A stretch of DNA of 64,000 bases from the NCBI GenBank assembly GCA_963767505.1, contig CAVYDV010000008.1:50683-114682 (forward strand). The letters are read 5' to 3'. Positions 40,386 to 53,227 of this stretch are shown piece after piece (within the stretch, counting starts at the first letter, position 1; every line of letters begins with the position of its first letter). The position numbers were made by a program, and so were the translations under genes. The notes beneath the pieces were generated by a model, which worked only from the letters and a program-made list of their open reading frames with translations, searched no databases and was not told where the DNA came from. This DNA comes from an uncultured Thermoleophilia bacterium (GTDB taxonomy: Bacteria > Actinomycetota > Thermoleophilia > UBA2241).

Positions 40386-41512
40386 TTGACCGAGCAGCAC
40401 CTGAGCGACGAGACGTCGCCCGTCCGGCGTCTCGCGGCTTCGCGTGCGCACGGTCGAGATCCTCGCCCGACGCGGTCGTGCTCATCGACCAGGTGGCGCT
40501 GCCCTCACGAGGAGCGCTACGTCCACTGCGTGACGTGGCGGGAGGTCGCGCGGACGCATCAGCGACATGACGGTCCGAGGGGCGCCGGCGATCGGCGTCA
40601 CGGCGGCCGGCGGCTTGGCCCTCGCGGCGCGAGGCGGCGGCCGACGGTGAGCGACGATCCGGCGCGTTCCGGGCCGCGCTGGAGGCGGCCGCCGAGGGCC
40701 TGCTGGCGACGCGGCCGACGGCTGTCAACCTCCGTTGGGCGGTCGACGAGATGCGCGCCGAGTGGGAGCATCGTGCGCCGGCGGCGCCGGCGGTCGTGCG
40801 CGGCTCGTCTGCTGGAGCGGGCGCAGGCGATCCACGACGACGATGTCGACCGCTGCCTGCGCATCGGCGAGCACGGCGCCGCGCTGTTCGCCGCCGGCGA
40901 CCGCATCCTCACGCACTGCAACGCCGGCGCGCTGGCGACGGCGGGCTACGGCACGGCGCTCGGCGTCATCCGCTCGGCGTACGCGCTGCACCCGGCGACA
41001 TCACCGTGCTCGTCGACGAGACCCGGCCCTGGCTCCAGGGCGCCCGGCTCACCGCCTGGGAGCTCGGCGTCGAGGGCATCCCCTACCATCTGATCAGCGA
41101 CAACATGGCGGGGCACTTCTTCAGCCGCGGCGAGATCGACGGCGTCGTCGTCGGCGCCGACCGGATCGCCGCCAACGGCGACGCGGCGAACAAGATCGGG
41201 ACCTACACCGTGTCCGTGCTCGCCAAGGAGCACGGTGTGCCGTTCTACGTCGCCGCGCCGCTGTCCACCGTCGACACTAGCATCTCGTCCGGCGGAGCGG
41301 CATCCCCATCGAGGAGCGCGACCCCGCGCGAGGTCACGTCGTTCGCGCGGCCGGCAGGTCGGCGCCGGTCGGGGCGCCGGCGCCGTCATCCGGCCTTCGA
41401 CGTCACTCCGGCGGCCAACATCACAGCCATCATCACCGAGGCCGGCGTGCTGCGGCCGCCGTACGGCGCGGCTCTGGCGGCGGTCTGCCGGGACGCGGAG
41501 TGTCAGGCGTGA
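40386..41512 (+). CDS. mtnA: Methylthioribose-1-phosphate isomerase; multiple frameshifts
   Basis: [65 protein letters not shown]. Confidence 0.9.
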
Positions 41513-42701
41513 CGACCCGGCCCTCCGCGGACCAGGCGACGGCGCGGCCGGCCTCGCCCTGCAAGGCGATGATCATGGCCGCCGGCCTGGGCACACGGCT
41601 GCACCCGCTGACGGGCTCACGGCCAAGCCCATGGTGCCGATCCTGAATCGACCCGTGATGGAGCACATGCTGCATCTGCTGCGCCGTCACGGCGTCCTCG
41701 AGGTGGCGGCCAACCTCCACTACCATCCCGACAAGATCCGGACCTACTTCGGCGACGGGTCGGCGTTCGGCGTCGCACCTGCGCTACAACGTGCGAGCGA
41801 CGAACTGCTCGGCACGGCCGGCGGCGTCGGCGCGTTTCGCGAGCTGTTCGCGGACGGCACCTTCGTGGTCGTCAGCGGCGACGGGCTCACCGACATCGAC
41901 CTCACGGCCTTCGTGGCCGCCCATCGTGCCTCTGGGGGCATCGCGACGATGGCCGTCAAGGAGGTCGGCAGACCCCTCGCTCTACGGCGTGGTCGTGGCT
42001 GACGGCGACGAGCCGGATCATCGGCTTCCAGGAGAAGCCGCCGGTCGCGGAGGCCTCTCCGACCTCTGCAACTGCGGCATCTACGCGTTCGAGCCCCAGA
42101 TCTTCGACTACGTCCCGGCGGGAGCCTTCAGTCGATTGGGCCCGAGGACGTCTTCCCGGCGCTGCTTGCCGACGGCGTGCCGCTTTCACGCGCTGGGAGT
42201 CGTGCAGCTACTGGAACGACGTCGGCAACATCGAGCAGTACAGGCTGAGCAACTTCGATGCCCTGCTGGGCCGCGTCGCTCTCGACAAGCCGGGGCGCGA
42301 GATCGCTCCCAGCGTGTGGGCGGGGGAGGGGACCGTGATCGAACCCGGCGAGCCTACCTTGAGCCGCCGGTGCTCTCGGAGCTGGCTGTCTGGTGGAGGC
42401 AGAGGCGCGAGCTCATCGGGCCCCTGATCGTCGGTGACGGGAGTGTCATCGAGCGCGGCGCGGTCCTCGACGGGCGTCATCCACTGGGACGGGGTCAAGG
42501 CGGGCCGGGGATCCCGCATGACGGGCAGCATCCTCGGCCGCCATGTCATCGTCCGCGAGCACGCGGTGGTCCACGAAGACGTGGTCATCGGCGAGCGATC
42601 GAGTGTGGCGGTCGGCACGGTCGTGGGTGCCGGAGCACGCCTCGAGCCGGGCACGCTCGATCGAGCCGAGCGCCGCCGACGGCGCGTCTCGCGATGCGTG
42701 A
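41509..42701 (+). CDS. Second NDP-sugar synthase (mannose-1-phosphate guanylyltransferase-like); multiple frameshifts
   Basis: [56 protein letters not shown]; end approximate. Confidence 0.8.
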
Positions 42702-43482
42702 GCAGCCGTACGCCCTGGCTCCGTCCTCGGCGGCCTGCTGGACATCGTCCTTCCCAAGCGCTGCGTGCAGTGCAGCGCCGCCGGGGAGTGGCTCTGCGCG
42801 GCCTGCGCGAGCGACCTCTCCGTGCGCTGCCCGCCGCAGCGCTGCCGGCACTGCGGGAGCGCCCAGCGATCGCTCCGCGGCGCCTGCAGCTGCCGCGAGT
42901 GCCGCGGCCGAGGTCTCTGGTTCGTCTCCGCCTCGGCGGCCTTCGCCTACGAGGGGGCGGCGCGCGCCCTCGTCACGGCCTGCAAGTTCCGCGCCTATCG
43001 CTCCCTTGCGGACGAGATGGTCGGTTCGCTCGGCGTCCGCCTTCGTGGCTGCGTGTGCAGGACCGGTTACGTCGCGGGAGCGTCGCCAGGCTGCGGAGGA
43101 CATCGTCGTCACCTGGGTGCCGGGTCATCGCGACGCACACGCTCGAGCGGGGCTTCGATCAGGCGGAGCTGCTCGCGCGGGGCTTGGCCCGCCTGCGGGC
43201 GTCGCCTCTGCGCCGCTGCTGCGCCGCGTGCGCCACGGCGCGCGCCAGAGCGGCCTCGCCCGGCGCCGCTCGCGCGGCCAACGTCGCACGGTTCGTTCGC
43301 GTTGCAGGAGGAGGCCGACCGGGTACTAAGAGGGTTCAAGCGGGTTATGATAGTTGACGATGTGTACACCACAGGCGAGACATTGAACCAGTGTGCAGAG
43401 TGCTCTCAGAGCCGATCTCGAACCCCACGTCTTCACATTCGCGCGCACCGTCGCGTCGCCGTCCCGTCCCAAGCATCGCTAG
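42694..43482 (+). CDS. comF: ComF family protein (double zinc ribbon plus PRTase domain); frameshifts
   Basis: LLDIVLPKRCVQC..WLC..C, C..C, ERGFDQAELLA, IVDDVYTTGETL. Confidence 0.82.
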
Positions 43483-43509
43483 ACCAGCCGTCCGGAAGGA
43501 GCGATGTCG

Positions 43510-44119
43510 ATGAAAACCCAGATCAAAGGCCGCAACGTCACTGTCACCGAGCCTCTCAGGAGTATGCCGAGGAGAAGCTCGAGCGTGTCCACAAGCTGCT
43601 CATGCAGCGGCGCATCGACGAGGTGACGCGAGTGGAGCTCGAGCTCATGGTCGAGAAGAACCCGAGTATCCCCGAGCCGTGCATCGCCGAGGCGACGATC
43701 TTCACGCGTGGTCCGGTGCATCCGCGCGCGCGAGTCCTCGACCGACATGTATGCGGCCATCGACCTGGTCATGGACAAGCTCATCCGTCGCGCCAAGAAG
43801 TACCACGACAAGGTGCACGGCAAGACTCGCAGGGGCCACGAGAAGATGCGCCATCGAGGCCGCGATCGATCCCCGACCTCGAGGCCGCGTGGCTGTCGCC
43901 GCCGCTCCCGAGGACGACGTCGAGACTGTCGGCGACAATGGCCAGCGTCGTGAAGTCGAAGCAGTTCGCGCTCAAGCCGATGTCGGTTCAAGAGGCGACG
44001 CTGCAGCTGGAGCTGGTCGGCCACGACTTCTTCGTGTTCACGAACGCGGAGTCGAGTCGCACGAACGTCGTCTACCGGCGCAACGACGGCCACTACGGCC
44101 TCATCGAGCCGCGAGCTGA
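43510..44119 (+). CDS. hpf: Ribosome hibernation promoting factor, long form; frameshifts
   Basis: IKGRNVTVTE, DMYAAIDLV.DKL.R, KQFALKPMSVQEA.LQLELVGHDFFVF, VVYRR.DG.YGLIEP. Confidence 0.9.
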
Positions 44120-44241
44120 GGCGACGGCGGGTGCGAGCGCGCCGTGCGCCGTCGTCCGGCCGGCCGGCGCGCGCGCCGTCGCCGCGGTCGCACTGCGACG
44201 ACACTGACGCAGACCGCAGCCGAGCGGGAGTGCGCGCGACC

Positions 44242-46917
<2,676 letters not shown>

Positions 46918-46957
46918 GCCCAGGTGAGAACCATGCCGCGCCGCCTGCTTCGCCGTT

Positions 46958-46983
46958 CACCACGCGAGTCACCTCGTGTGGTG
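46958..46983 (+). terminator. 11-bp hairpin downstream of secA
   Basis: CACCACGCGAG-TCAC-CTCGTGTGGTG (one G-U pair). Confidence 0.5.
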
Positions 46984-47013
46984 TTCGCGGCTGTGGGCTC
47001 GTATCGTTTCGGG

Positions 47014-47019
47014 TACACT
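47014..47019 (+). promoter_or_regulatory. -10 hexamer TACACT, probably leaderless prfB
   Basis: 8 nt upstream of ATG 47028; no SD. Confidence 0.5.
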
Positions 47020-47027
47020 ACGTCGTC

Positions 47028-48196
47028 ATGAGTCCCACAGCATCAGAAGCACTCGTTCAACTCGATTCGCTCCGTGAGCGGCTCAAGGAAGCCCGTGGGC
47101 GCCTTGGCTGGCTGCGGAGCTATCTTTGACCCCCCCAAGCTGACAGCCAGATCTGGAGGCTCTCGAGGAGCGCATGCGCGCCTCGGGCTTCTGGGACGAT
47201 CAGGAGGGGGCCTCCAAGGTCTCCGCCGAGTACAGCCGCATCAAGCGGCGCCTCGAGGAGTTCGGCGCCTCGGAGGCACGCTTCGTCGATCTCGAATCCA
47301 CCGAGGAGCTGCTGCGCGAGGAGACCGCCGGTGACGAGATGTCGATGACGAACTCCTGGAGGAGCTCGTGACCGGCGTTGCCCAGCTCGAGGGCGACCTC
47401 CGAGCGCGGCGAAGAGAAGCGCTTCTTCAGCGGCCGGTACGACGAGGGCGGGGCGATCCTCACCATCCACCCCGGGGCCGGCGGCACCGAGTCGCAGGAC
47501 TGGGCGGAGATGCTTCTGCGCATGTACCTGCGCTGGTTCGAGCAGCGCGGCTTCAAGGTCGAGATCAACGACATGCAGGAGGGTGACGAGGCCGGCCTCA
47601 AGAGCGCGACGCTCACTGTGGAGGGCGAGAACGCCTACGGCCTGCTGACCAGGCGAGAAGGGCGTCCATCGGCTGGTCCGGCATGAGCCCGTTCGACTCG
47701 GCCAACCGCCGTCACACGAGCTTCGTCTCGGTCGACGCCTCCCCGCTGGTCAGCGAGCGACGTCGACGTCGAGATCAACGACGACGACATGCGCATCGAC
47801 ACCTACCGCTCGAGCGGCGCGGGTGGCCAGCACGTCAACAAGACGAGCTCCGCGATGCGCATCACACACCTTCCCACGAACATCGTCGTCCAGTGTCAGA
47901 ACGAACGCTCACAGTTGCAGAACAAGACGGTGGCGATGGGCATGCTCAAGTCGAAGCTGGTCGAGCTCGAGGAGCGCAAGCTCGCCGACGAGCTCGCGCG
48001 CGAGCGCGGCGAGGTGCTGAACGTTGACTTCGGCAGCCAGATCCGCAGCTACGTCCTGCACCCGTACCAGATGGTCAAGGACCTGCGCACCGGCCATGAG
48101 GTCGGCAATGCCCAGAGCGTGCTTGACGGCGAACTGGACGGCTTCGTCCACTCGTATCTCGTCTGGCGCGCGGGCGGCAGCAAGGCACGCAAGTAG
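47028..48196 (+). CDS. prfB: Peptide chain release factor 2 with programmed +1 frameshift (plus artefactual indels)
   Basis: [20 protein letters not shown] anticodon motif, [28 protein letters not shown]. Confidence 0.95.
47116..47130 (+). promoter_or_regulatory. RF2 autoregulatory +1 frameshift cassette
   Basis: GGAG-CTAT-CTT-TGA-C: internal SD plus slippery CUU and UGAC stop, the canonical arrangement. Confidence 0.9.
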
Positions 48197-48199
48197 GAG

Positions 48200-49240
48200 A
48201 GGCCACGCTCCACCCGAAGATCGAACTGCACGTCCATCTCGAAGCGACCGTGCACCCCGCGCGTTTGCGCGAGATCGCCGAGCGCAATCAGGTGGCCCTG
48301 CCGGGCGTCGGCGAGACAGAGCTGCATGAGGCTCGTAGATTCACGGACTTCGCGCAGTTCATCCAGGTCTGGATCTCCACCTCGGCTGTTCTGCAGCGCG
48401 AGCGCGACTTCCGCCAGGTGGTCGTGGACTACGCGGCTGCCGCGGCGGCCCAGGGCTGCGTCTACATCGAGGCCATCTTCTCGCCGGCCGAACCAGTGCG
48501 TCGAGGGACGCCGTGGCAGGAGGTCTTCGAGGGCTACTGCTCCGGTGCGGACGAAGCGCGCGATCTGCACGGCGTCGAGGTCCGGTTCACCCCCGACATC
48601 ACGCGCGACTTCCCCATGGACATCGCGGAGAGCGTGGCGCGATGGGCGGTGCGGTTCCGCGAACGCGGGGTCGTCGGGCTCGGTCTGGGCGGCAGCGAGC
48701 GTCTGTACCCACCCGAGCTGTTCGCGCGGACCGTTCGCCATCGCACGCGTGGGCGGGCTCAGGGCCGCGCCGCACGCCGGCGAGACGCAGGGGTCGGCCT
48801 CGCTACGCGGGGCGCTCGACGTCCTGCGCGCCGAGCGGCTGCGTCACGGCGTGCGTGCCGTCGAGGACCCTGGATTGCTGGCAGAGATCGCGTCGCGAGG
48901 CATCGTCTGCGACGTCACTCCGACGAGCAACCTGCGCCTCGGCGTCGTGCCGTCGCTCGGCGAGCACCCGCTGCCGCACATGCTGGCGGCAGGCGTGAAG
49001 TGCTCGATCTCGACCGACGACCCCGCCCTCATGGAGACCGACCTTGCGCGCGAGTGCGAGGTGGCGATACGCCTGGGACACAGATCGAGGGACATGTACA
49101 CGCATGGTTTGGACGGCGCCTTCTGCGACGCGGGGCTGAAGGCGCGGCTGCGTGCGCACGCTGAAGGGCACGACTGGGGCGTCGCCGAAGGGCGGGCCGC
49201 AGGGGCTCAGGGGCTTGTCAGCCCTAATCAGACCTGTTAG
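48200..49240 (+). CDS. add: Adenosine/adenine deaminase; start codon not resolvable, frameshift near 48730
   Basis: PKIELHVHLE, YIEAIFSP, GLGLGGSE, HAGE, RLRHG, PTSN, STDDP. Confidence 0.88.
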   Translation, partial: RPRSTRRSNCTSISKRPCTPRVCARSPSAIRWPCRASARQSCMRLVDSRTSRSSSRSGSPPRLFCSASATSARWSWTTRLPRRPRAASTSRPSSRRPNQCVEGRRGRRSSRATAPVRTKRAICTASRSGSPPTSRATSPWTSRRAWRDGRCGSANAGSSGSVWAAASVCTHPSCSRGPFAIARVGGLRAAPHAGETQGSASLRGALDVLRAERLRHGVRAVEDPGLLAEIASRGIVCDVTPTSNLRLGVVPSLGEHPLPHMLAAGVKCSISTDDPALMETDLARECEVAIRLGHRSRDMYTHGLDGAFCDAGLKARLRAHAEGHDWGVAEGRAAGAQGLVSPNQTC

Positions 49241-49314
49241 GGTGTGTTTCGTCGTCACGGGAGCCGGTTCTCCGCCTGCGCAGCATCATGATGCGCCGCG
49301 ATATCCTCCCCCCT

Positions 49315-49508
49315 CAGACCCAGACTCTGTGAATACCGGGCAGTGTTTGATGGAAAGGAACACTCGTCCGTAGTCTGTTCGGCCACTCCTACTGTGGCCC
49401 ATCCTCGACGATTCCTCGCGCACCCCTTCGTGCCCGGCGAGCCACCGCGCTCGCATCGGGGCGTTCGATGTGCTGCCGCGTGCGGATCCGTCAGAAAAGA
49501 GATCATCA
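49315..49508 (+). promoter_or_regulatory. Candidate structured 5' leader of the DEAD-box helicase
   Basis: -10 TATCCT at 49302-49307 followed by ~190 nt with several predicted stems. Confidence 0.4.
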
Positions 49509-51049
49509 GTGAAGCAAGTCAGCGACACCACCACCAAGGACACGAAGACCGCGAACTCCCAGCAGTCCGGCCGTAACGAGCACCACAAGCGAAGCCAGGT
49601 CTGGTAGCGGGAAGCAGGAAAGCCGCACGGACCGCAACGGCGGATCACGGCGCGGCGATCGCGGCCGCAGCCGCGGTCCGCGCCGCGAGCGGGATGCTCG
49701 CAAGGGCTCTGGGGTCGACACGGGCTACGAGCCGCGCAAGAGCGCCAAGCGCCCTGACGGTCCGACGCCGGAGGTCAGTCTGCCCAAGTTCGCCGAGCTC
49801 GGCCTCAGTGCCGAACTTGCTCGCCGGTGTGGCGGCCATGGGCTATGAGGCTCCGACGCCCATCCAGGAGCAGGCGATCCCTCGCGCTCTGGCCGGGCGC
49901 GACATCGTCGGCTGTGCGCAGACCGGCACCGGCAAGACGGCCGCCTTCGTGCTGCCCATCCTGCAGCGCATGACGCAATCGACGGTCGCCGACGGTCGTA
50001 CGGCGCGTCCTACGGCTCTCGTTGTGACGCCCACTCGCGAGTTGTGCGGGCAGATCGAGGAGGTCGGCGAGACGCTCGGGACGTACACGGGTCGCAGGGT
50101 CGCCGCCGTCTTCGGCGGCGTTCCCTACGATCCACAGGCGAAGCGAGTCCGCAGAGGAACTGATCTCCTCGTCGCCACTCCCGGCCGCCTGCTCGACATG
50201 CTGCGGCAGGGTGACGTCCTCCTCGATCGTGTCGATACCCTGGTGCTCGACGAGGCCGATCGCATGCTCGACATGGGCTTCTGGCCAGATGTGAAGCGCA
50301 TCATCGACGCCGTGCCGAAGAAGCGTCAGAATCTGTTGTTCTCGGCGACGATGAGCAAGCAGGTGCTCAGCATCATCGAGGATACTCTGCATGAGCCCGT
50401 CTTCATCGAGCTCGGCGGCAGCGCCAAGCCGGTCGACAACGTCGACCAGAGGATCCTGCCGGTGAACAACGAGCAGAAGGTCGACCTGCTCGTCGAGTAC
50501 TTCCGCCATCACGATCCCGACCGCACGCTGGTGTTCACGCGGACGCGGCGGCGCGCAGAGCGTCTTGCGACCACGCTGAACAAGGCCGGCGTCAGCTGCG
50601 AGGCCATCCACGGCGATCGCACGCAGGGGCAGCGGCAGAGGGCACTGGACAGCTTCAAGAGAGGCAAGACGGCCGTGCTCGTGGCTACCGATGTCGTGGC
50701 TCGCGGGATCGACGTGGACAACATCACGCACGTCATCAACTTCGACATCCCGACCAATCCCGAGGACTACGTGCATCGCATCGGGCGCACCGCCCGCGCC
50801 GGCACAAGCGGCATCGCCGTGAGCCTGCTCACCGGGGAGGACGTGCACGAGCTCAAGGCGATCGAGCGTCTCATCGGCGCCACGATCGCGCGCCACGACC
50901 TGCCCGAGTTCGAGTACGAGAAGCGCGCCATCCCGGAGTCCCATCAAGTCCAGGCACGCCAAGGTAAGCTCGTGTGGAACGGTGGTGCCCGTCGTTCTGC
51001 AGCGCAGGGCATCAAGCGCCGCCCGCCGCGTCGTTCTGCGGCGCGCTGA
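49509..51049 (+). CDS. DEAD-box RNA helicase (RhlE/CshA-like) with Arg/Gly-rich N-terminal extension; frameshifts near 49590 and 49820
   Basis: F.ELGL, PTPIQ, AQTGTGKT, PTREL, TPGRLLD, DEAD, SAT, HGD..Q..R, ARGID, HRIGRTAR. Confidence 0.93.
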
Positions 51050-51070
51050 CGGCAGAGTATTCATACGCAC

Positions 51071-51100
51071 GACCGGCGCGCGGCTCGCCGCGCGCCGGTC
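51071..51100 (+). terminator. Perfect GC hairpin after the helicase
   Basis: GACCGGCGCGCGGC-TC-GCCGCGCGCCGGTC. Confidence 0.6.
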
Positions 51101-51123
51101 GCTGGAATCCTCACCGGGGCCTC

Positions 51124-51132
51124 TGCTATACT
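51124..51132 (+). promoter_or_regulatory. Extended -10 (TGcTATACT) of the tRNA
   Basis: 13 nt upstream of the tRNA 5' end. Confidence 0.6.
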
Positions 51133-51145
51133 GCCGTCTCTGCGT

Positions 51146-51221
51146 GGGCGACTAGCTCAGTTGGGAGAGCGCCAGCTCGACAAGCTGGAGGTCGTTGGTT
51201 CAATTCCAACGTCGCCCACCA
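51146..51221 (+). tRNA. tRNA-Val(GAC), 76 nt with encoded CCA
   Basis: Acceptor stem GGGCGAC/GTCGCCC, D arm GCTC/GAGC, anticodon stem CCAGC/GCTGG with loop TCGACAA, T arm GTTGG-TTCAATT-CCAAC, ACCA end. Confidence 0.95.
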
Positions 51222-51398
51222 TCCCAGACTCCCACCCCTCGTGCCTTTGGGCAGCGAGCGCACATCACCGTGGAGAGGGGAGCCCCCACACCGCCACTCA
51301 GGGCCAATTGGGCCTCGGAGCGATCGGAGCCGGGCACGGCCATGGCCAGTAGCAGCGGGGCAAAGGGGACGTCAATCAGCTGTTTGGCATACTATGCG

Positions 51399-51527
51399 CG
51401 CGGCCATGCACTGGGCGGCCGGTCCGAATGCCGGTACCCGGGTTCTGGGGCGGCCTTTGCGCCACGGCGCTCGGTGTCTCCTTCGCCTCCTAGGTCCGCG
51501 AGCGCTTGGCGGCCCTGCATGGCCGTG
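51399..51527 (+). ncRNA. Candidate structured RNA of unknown class upstream of crcB
   Basis: 5' CGCGGCCATGCA pairs with 3' TGCATGGCCGTG (12 bp), continued by GGGCGGCC/GGCGGCCC; begins just after -10-like TACTAT (51390-51395). Confidence 0.4.
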
Positions 51528-51589
51528 ATTAGATGGAGCCGTCCCGACCGGCCTCGCGCGCCAGGTCCAGCTCTAGGGGAGGGAGAGGA

Positions 51590-51967
51590 ATGGCCACCAG
51601 ATTGCTGCTGCTGGCGGTGGCCGGTTCTCTCGGGGCGCTCTGCCGCTACGGGCTCTCCGGTCTCGCGCAGCGTAGCCTGGGCGCGCACTTCCCGTGGGGC
51701 ACGATGGTCGTGAACACGGTGGGTTGCCTTGCGGCCGGCGTCCTCTTCGGGCTCTTCGAGACCCGATGGGCGCTGAGCAACGAGGCGCGCGTCGTCGTCT
51801 TCATCGGCTTCCTCGGCGCCTTCACCACCTTCTCCAGCGTGATGGTCGAGACGGCCAACTTCGCGCGTGATGCTCAGTGGCTGAGCATGGCCGGCAACCT
51901 GCTTCTGCAGAACGGTCTCGGGGCGGTGGCGGTCTTCGCCGGGCTCGCTATCTCGCGACTGGTGTAG
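51590..51967 (+). CDS. crcB: Fluoride channel Fluc/CrcB
   Basis: GSLGALCRY, FPWGTMVVN..G, GFLGAFTTFSS. Confidence 0.94.
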   Translation: MATRLLLLAVAGSLGALCRYGLSGLAQRSLGAHFPWGTMVVNTVGCLAAGVLFGLFETRWALSNEARVVVFIGFLGAFTTFSSVMVETANFARDAQWLSMAGNLLLQNGLGAVAVFAGLAISRLV

Positions 51968-51984
51968 GGGAAGGGGGAGGAAGG

Positions 51985-52325
51985 ATGCATCTGACTGAGA
52001 GCGCCGAACTGTTGCGTGTCTTCATCGGCGCCGAGCATAAGCACCATCGGAAGCCGCTCTACGAAGCGATCGTCGCGGCGGCTCGCGAGCATGGTCTTGC
52101 CGGTGCTACGGTGCATTCGCGGCGCGCTGGGGTACGGCGCCAACAGCGGCATTCGCACCGCGAAGATCCTGCGACTGTCCGAGGATCTGCCGGTCGTCGT
52201 CGAGATCGTCGATTCACCCGAGAAGGTCGAGGCCTTTCTGCCGATCGTCGACGCGATGATGGACCAGCGGCATGATCACGGTCGAGCAAGTGAGAGTGAT
52301 CGCCTACCGGCATGCCGGCGGCTGA
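51985..52325 (+). CDS. DUF190 PII-like protein; frameshifts
   Basis: LLRVFIGAEHKHHRKPLYEAIV..ARE.GLAGATV, LRLSEDLPVVVEIVDS; typical crcB partner. Confidence 0.85.
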
Positions 52326-52385
52326 AGGCCGCGCAGCGGACCAGGACGGGATCGTGGCGTTCGTCTGCCGACTCGGTGGTCGGCC

Positions 52386-53227
52386 TCAGCCGCGGCGGAT
52401 CGCGCTGCTCGCGGCCTTGCACGAGCTTCGCCACGGCGGCGCAGGCGCTGTCGGCGTCATCGCCTCGTGCGATCAGGTCGATGAGGGCGCTGCCGATGAT
52501 GACGCCGTCTGCGAGGCGGGCGACGCCCCGCGCCTGCTCGGGCGTCGAGATCCCAAAGCCGACGGCCAGCGGCGCTCTCGTGCGGGTCCGCAGACGTCCG
52601 ATGAGGCCGGGGAGGTCCGTGCCTACGTCCCGTCGCGCTCCCGTCACGCCCGTCACGGCGACACAGTAGACGAAGCTCGTGGCCGCCTCGGCGAGCATGT
52701 CGAGGCGTGCATCGGTGCTCGTCGGGGTGGCCATCGGCACGAGGCCGATGCGGTGCGCTCGCGGCCAGAGCCATCAACCCGCCCTGCGCAGCGGCTGTGT
52801 CGCCGCCGGGCGCGAGTGCTTCGTCGAGCGGCAGGTCGGGGATGACCAGAGCTTCGATGCCCGCCTCCGCCGCGTTGGCGAGGAAGCGCTCGGGTCCGTA
52901 GGCGAGCACGGGGTTCAGATAGGTGAGCAGGACGAATGGTACGTGCGCACTGTGCGCGGCCGCCAGCTGCAGCACGTCGTCGGCCGTTACCCCCGCGAGC
53001 AGCGCTTGGTGGGTGGACTGCTGCACGACGGGCCCGTCGGCGATCGGGTCCGAGAACGGGATGCCGAGCTCTACGATGTCGGCGCCGGAGTCGATCAGCG
53101 TCTCGATTAGACGGTGGCTGGTCTTGAGATCGGGGTGCCCGCCGGTGAGGTACGGGATGAGCGCCGCGCTCTGTGCGCGCGGTGTGGCGAAGGCCTGGTC
53201 CAGGCGCGGGGTGAGGGGGAGGCTCAC
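52386..53227 (-). CDS. trpA: Tryptophan synthase alpha chain; frameshifts
   Basis: [47 protein letters not shown]. Confidence 0.93.

Noticed and set aside
43483-43509. raiA motif RNA, often found between comF and raiA/hpf
   Set aside because: The intergenic space is only about 27 bp, far too short.
51531-51576. Fluoride riboswitch before crcB
   Set aside because: Only partial resemblance (AGAUGGAGC, ACCG, possible GGAGC/GCUCU pseudoknot); P1 pairing and the conserved GCUGAUG are missing.
51146-52325. Genomic island inserted at tRNA-Val
   Set aside because: No integrase, no duplicated tRNA 3' end seen, and no obvious compositional shift.
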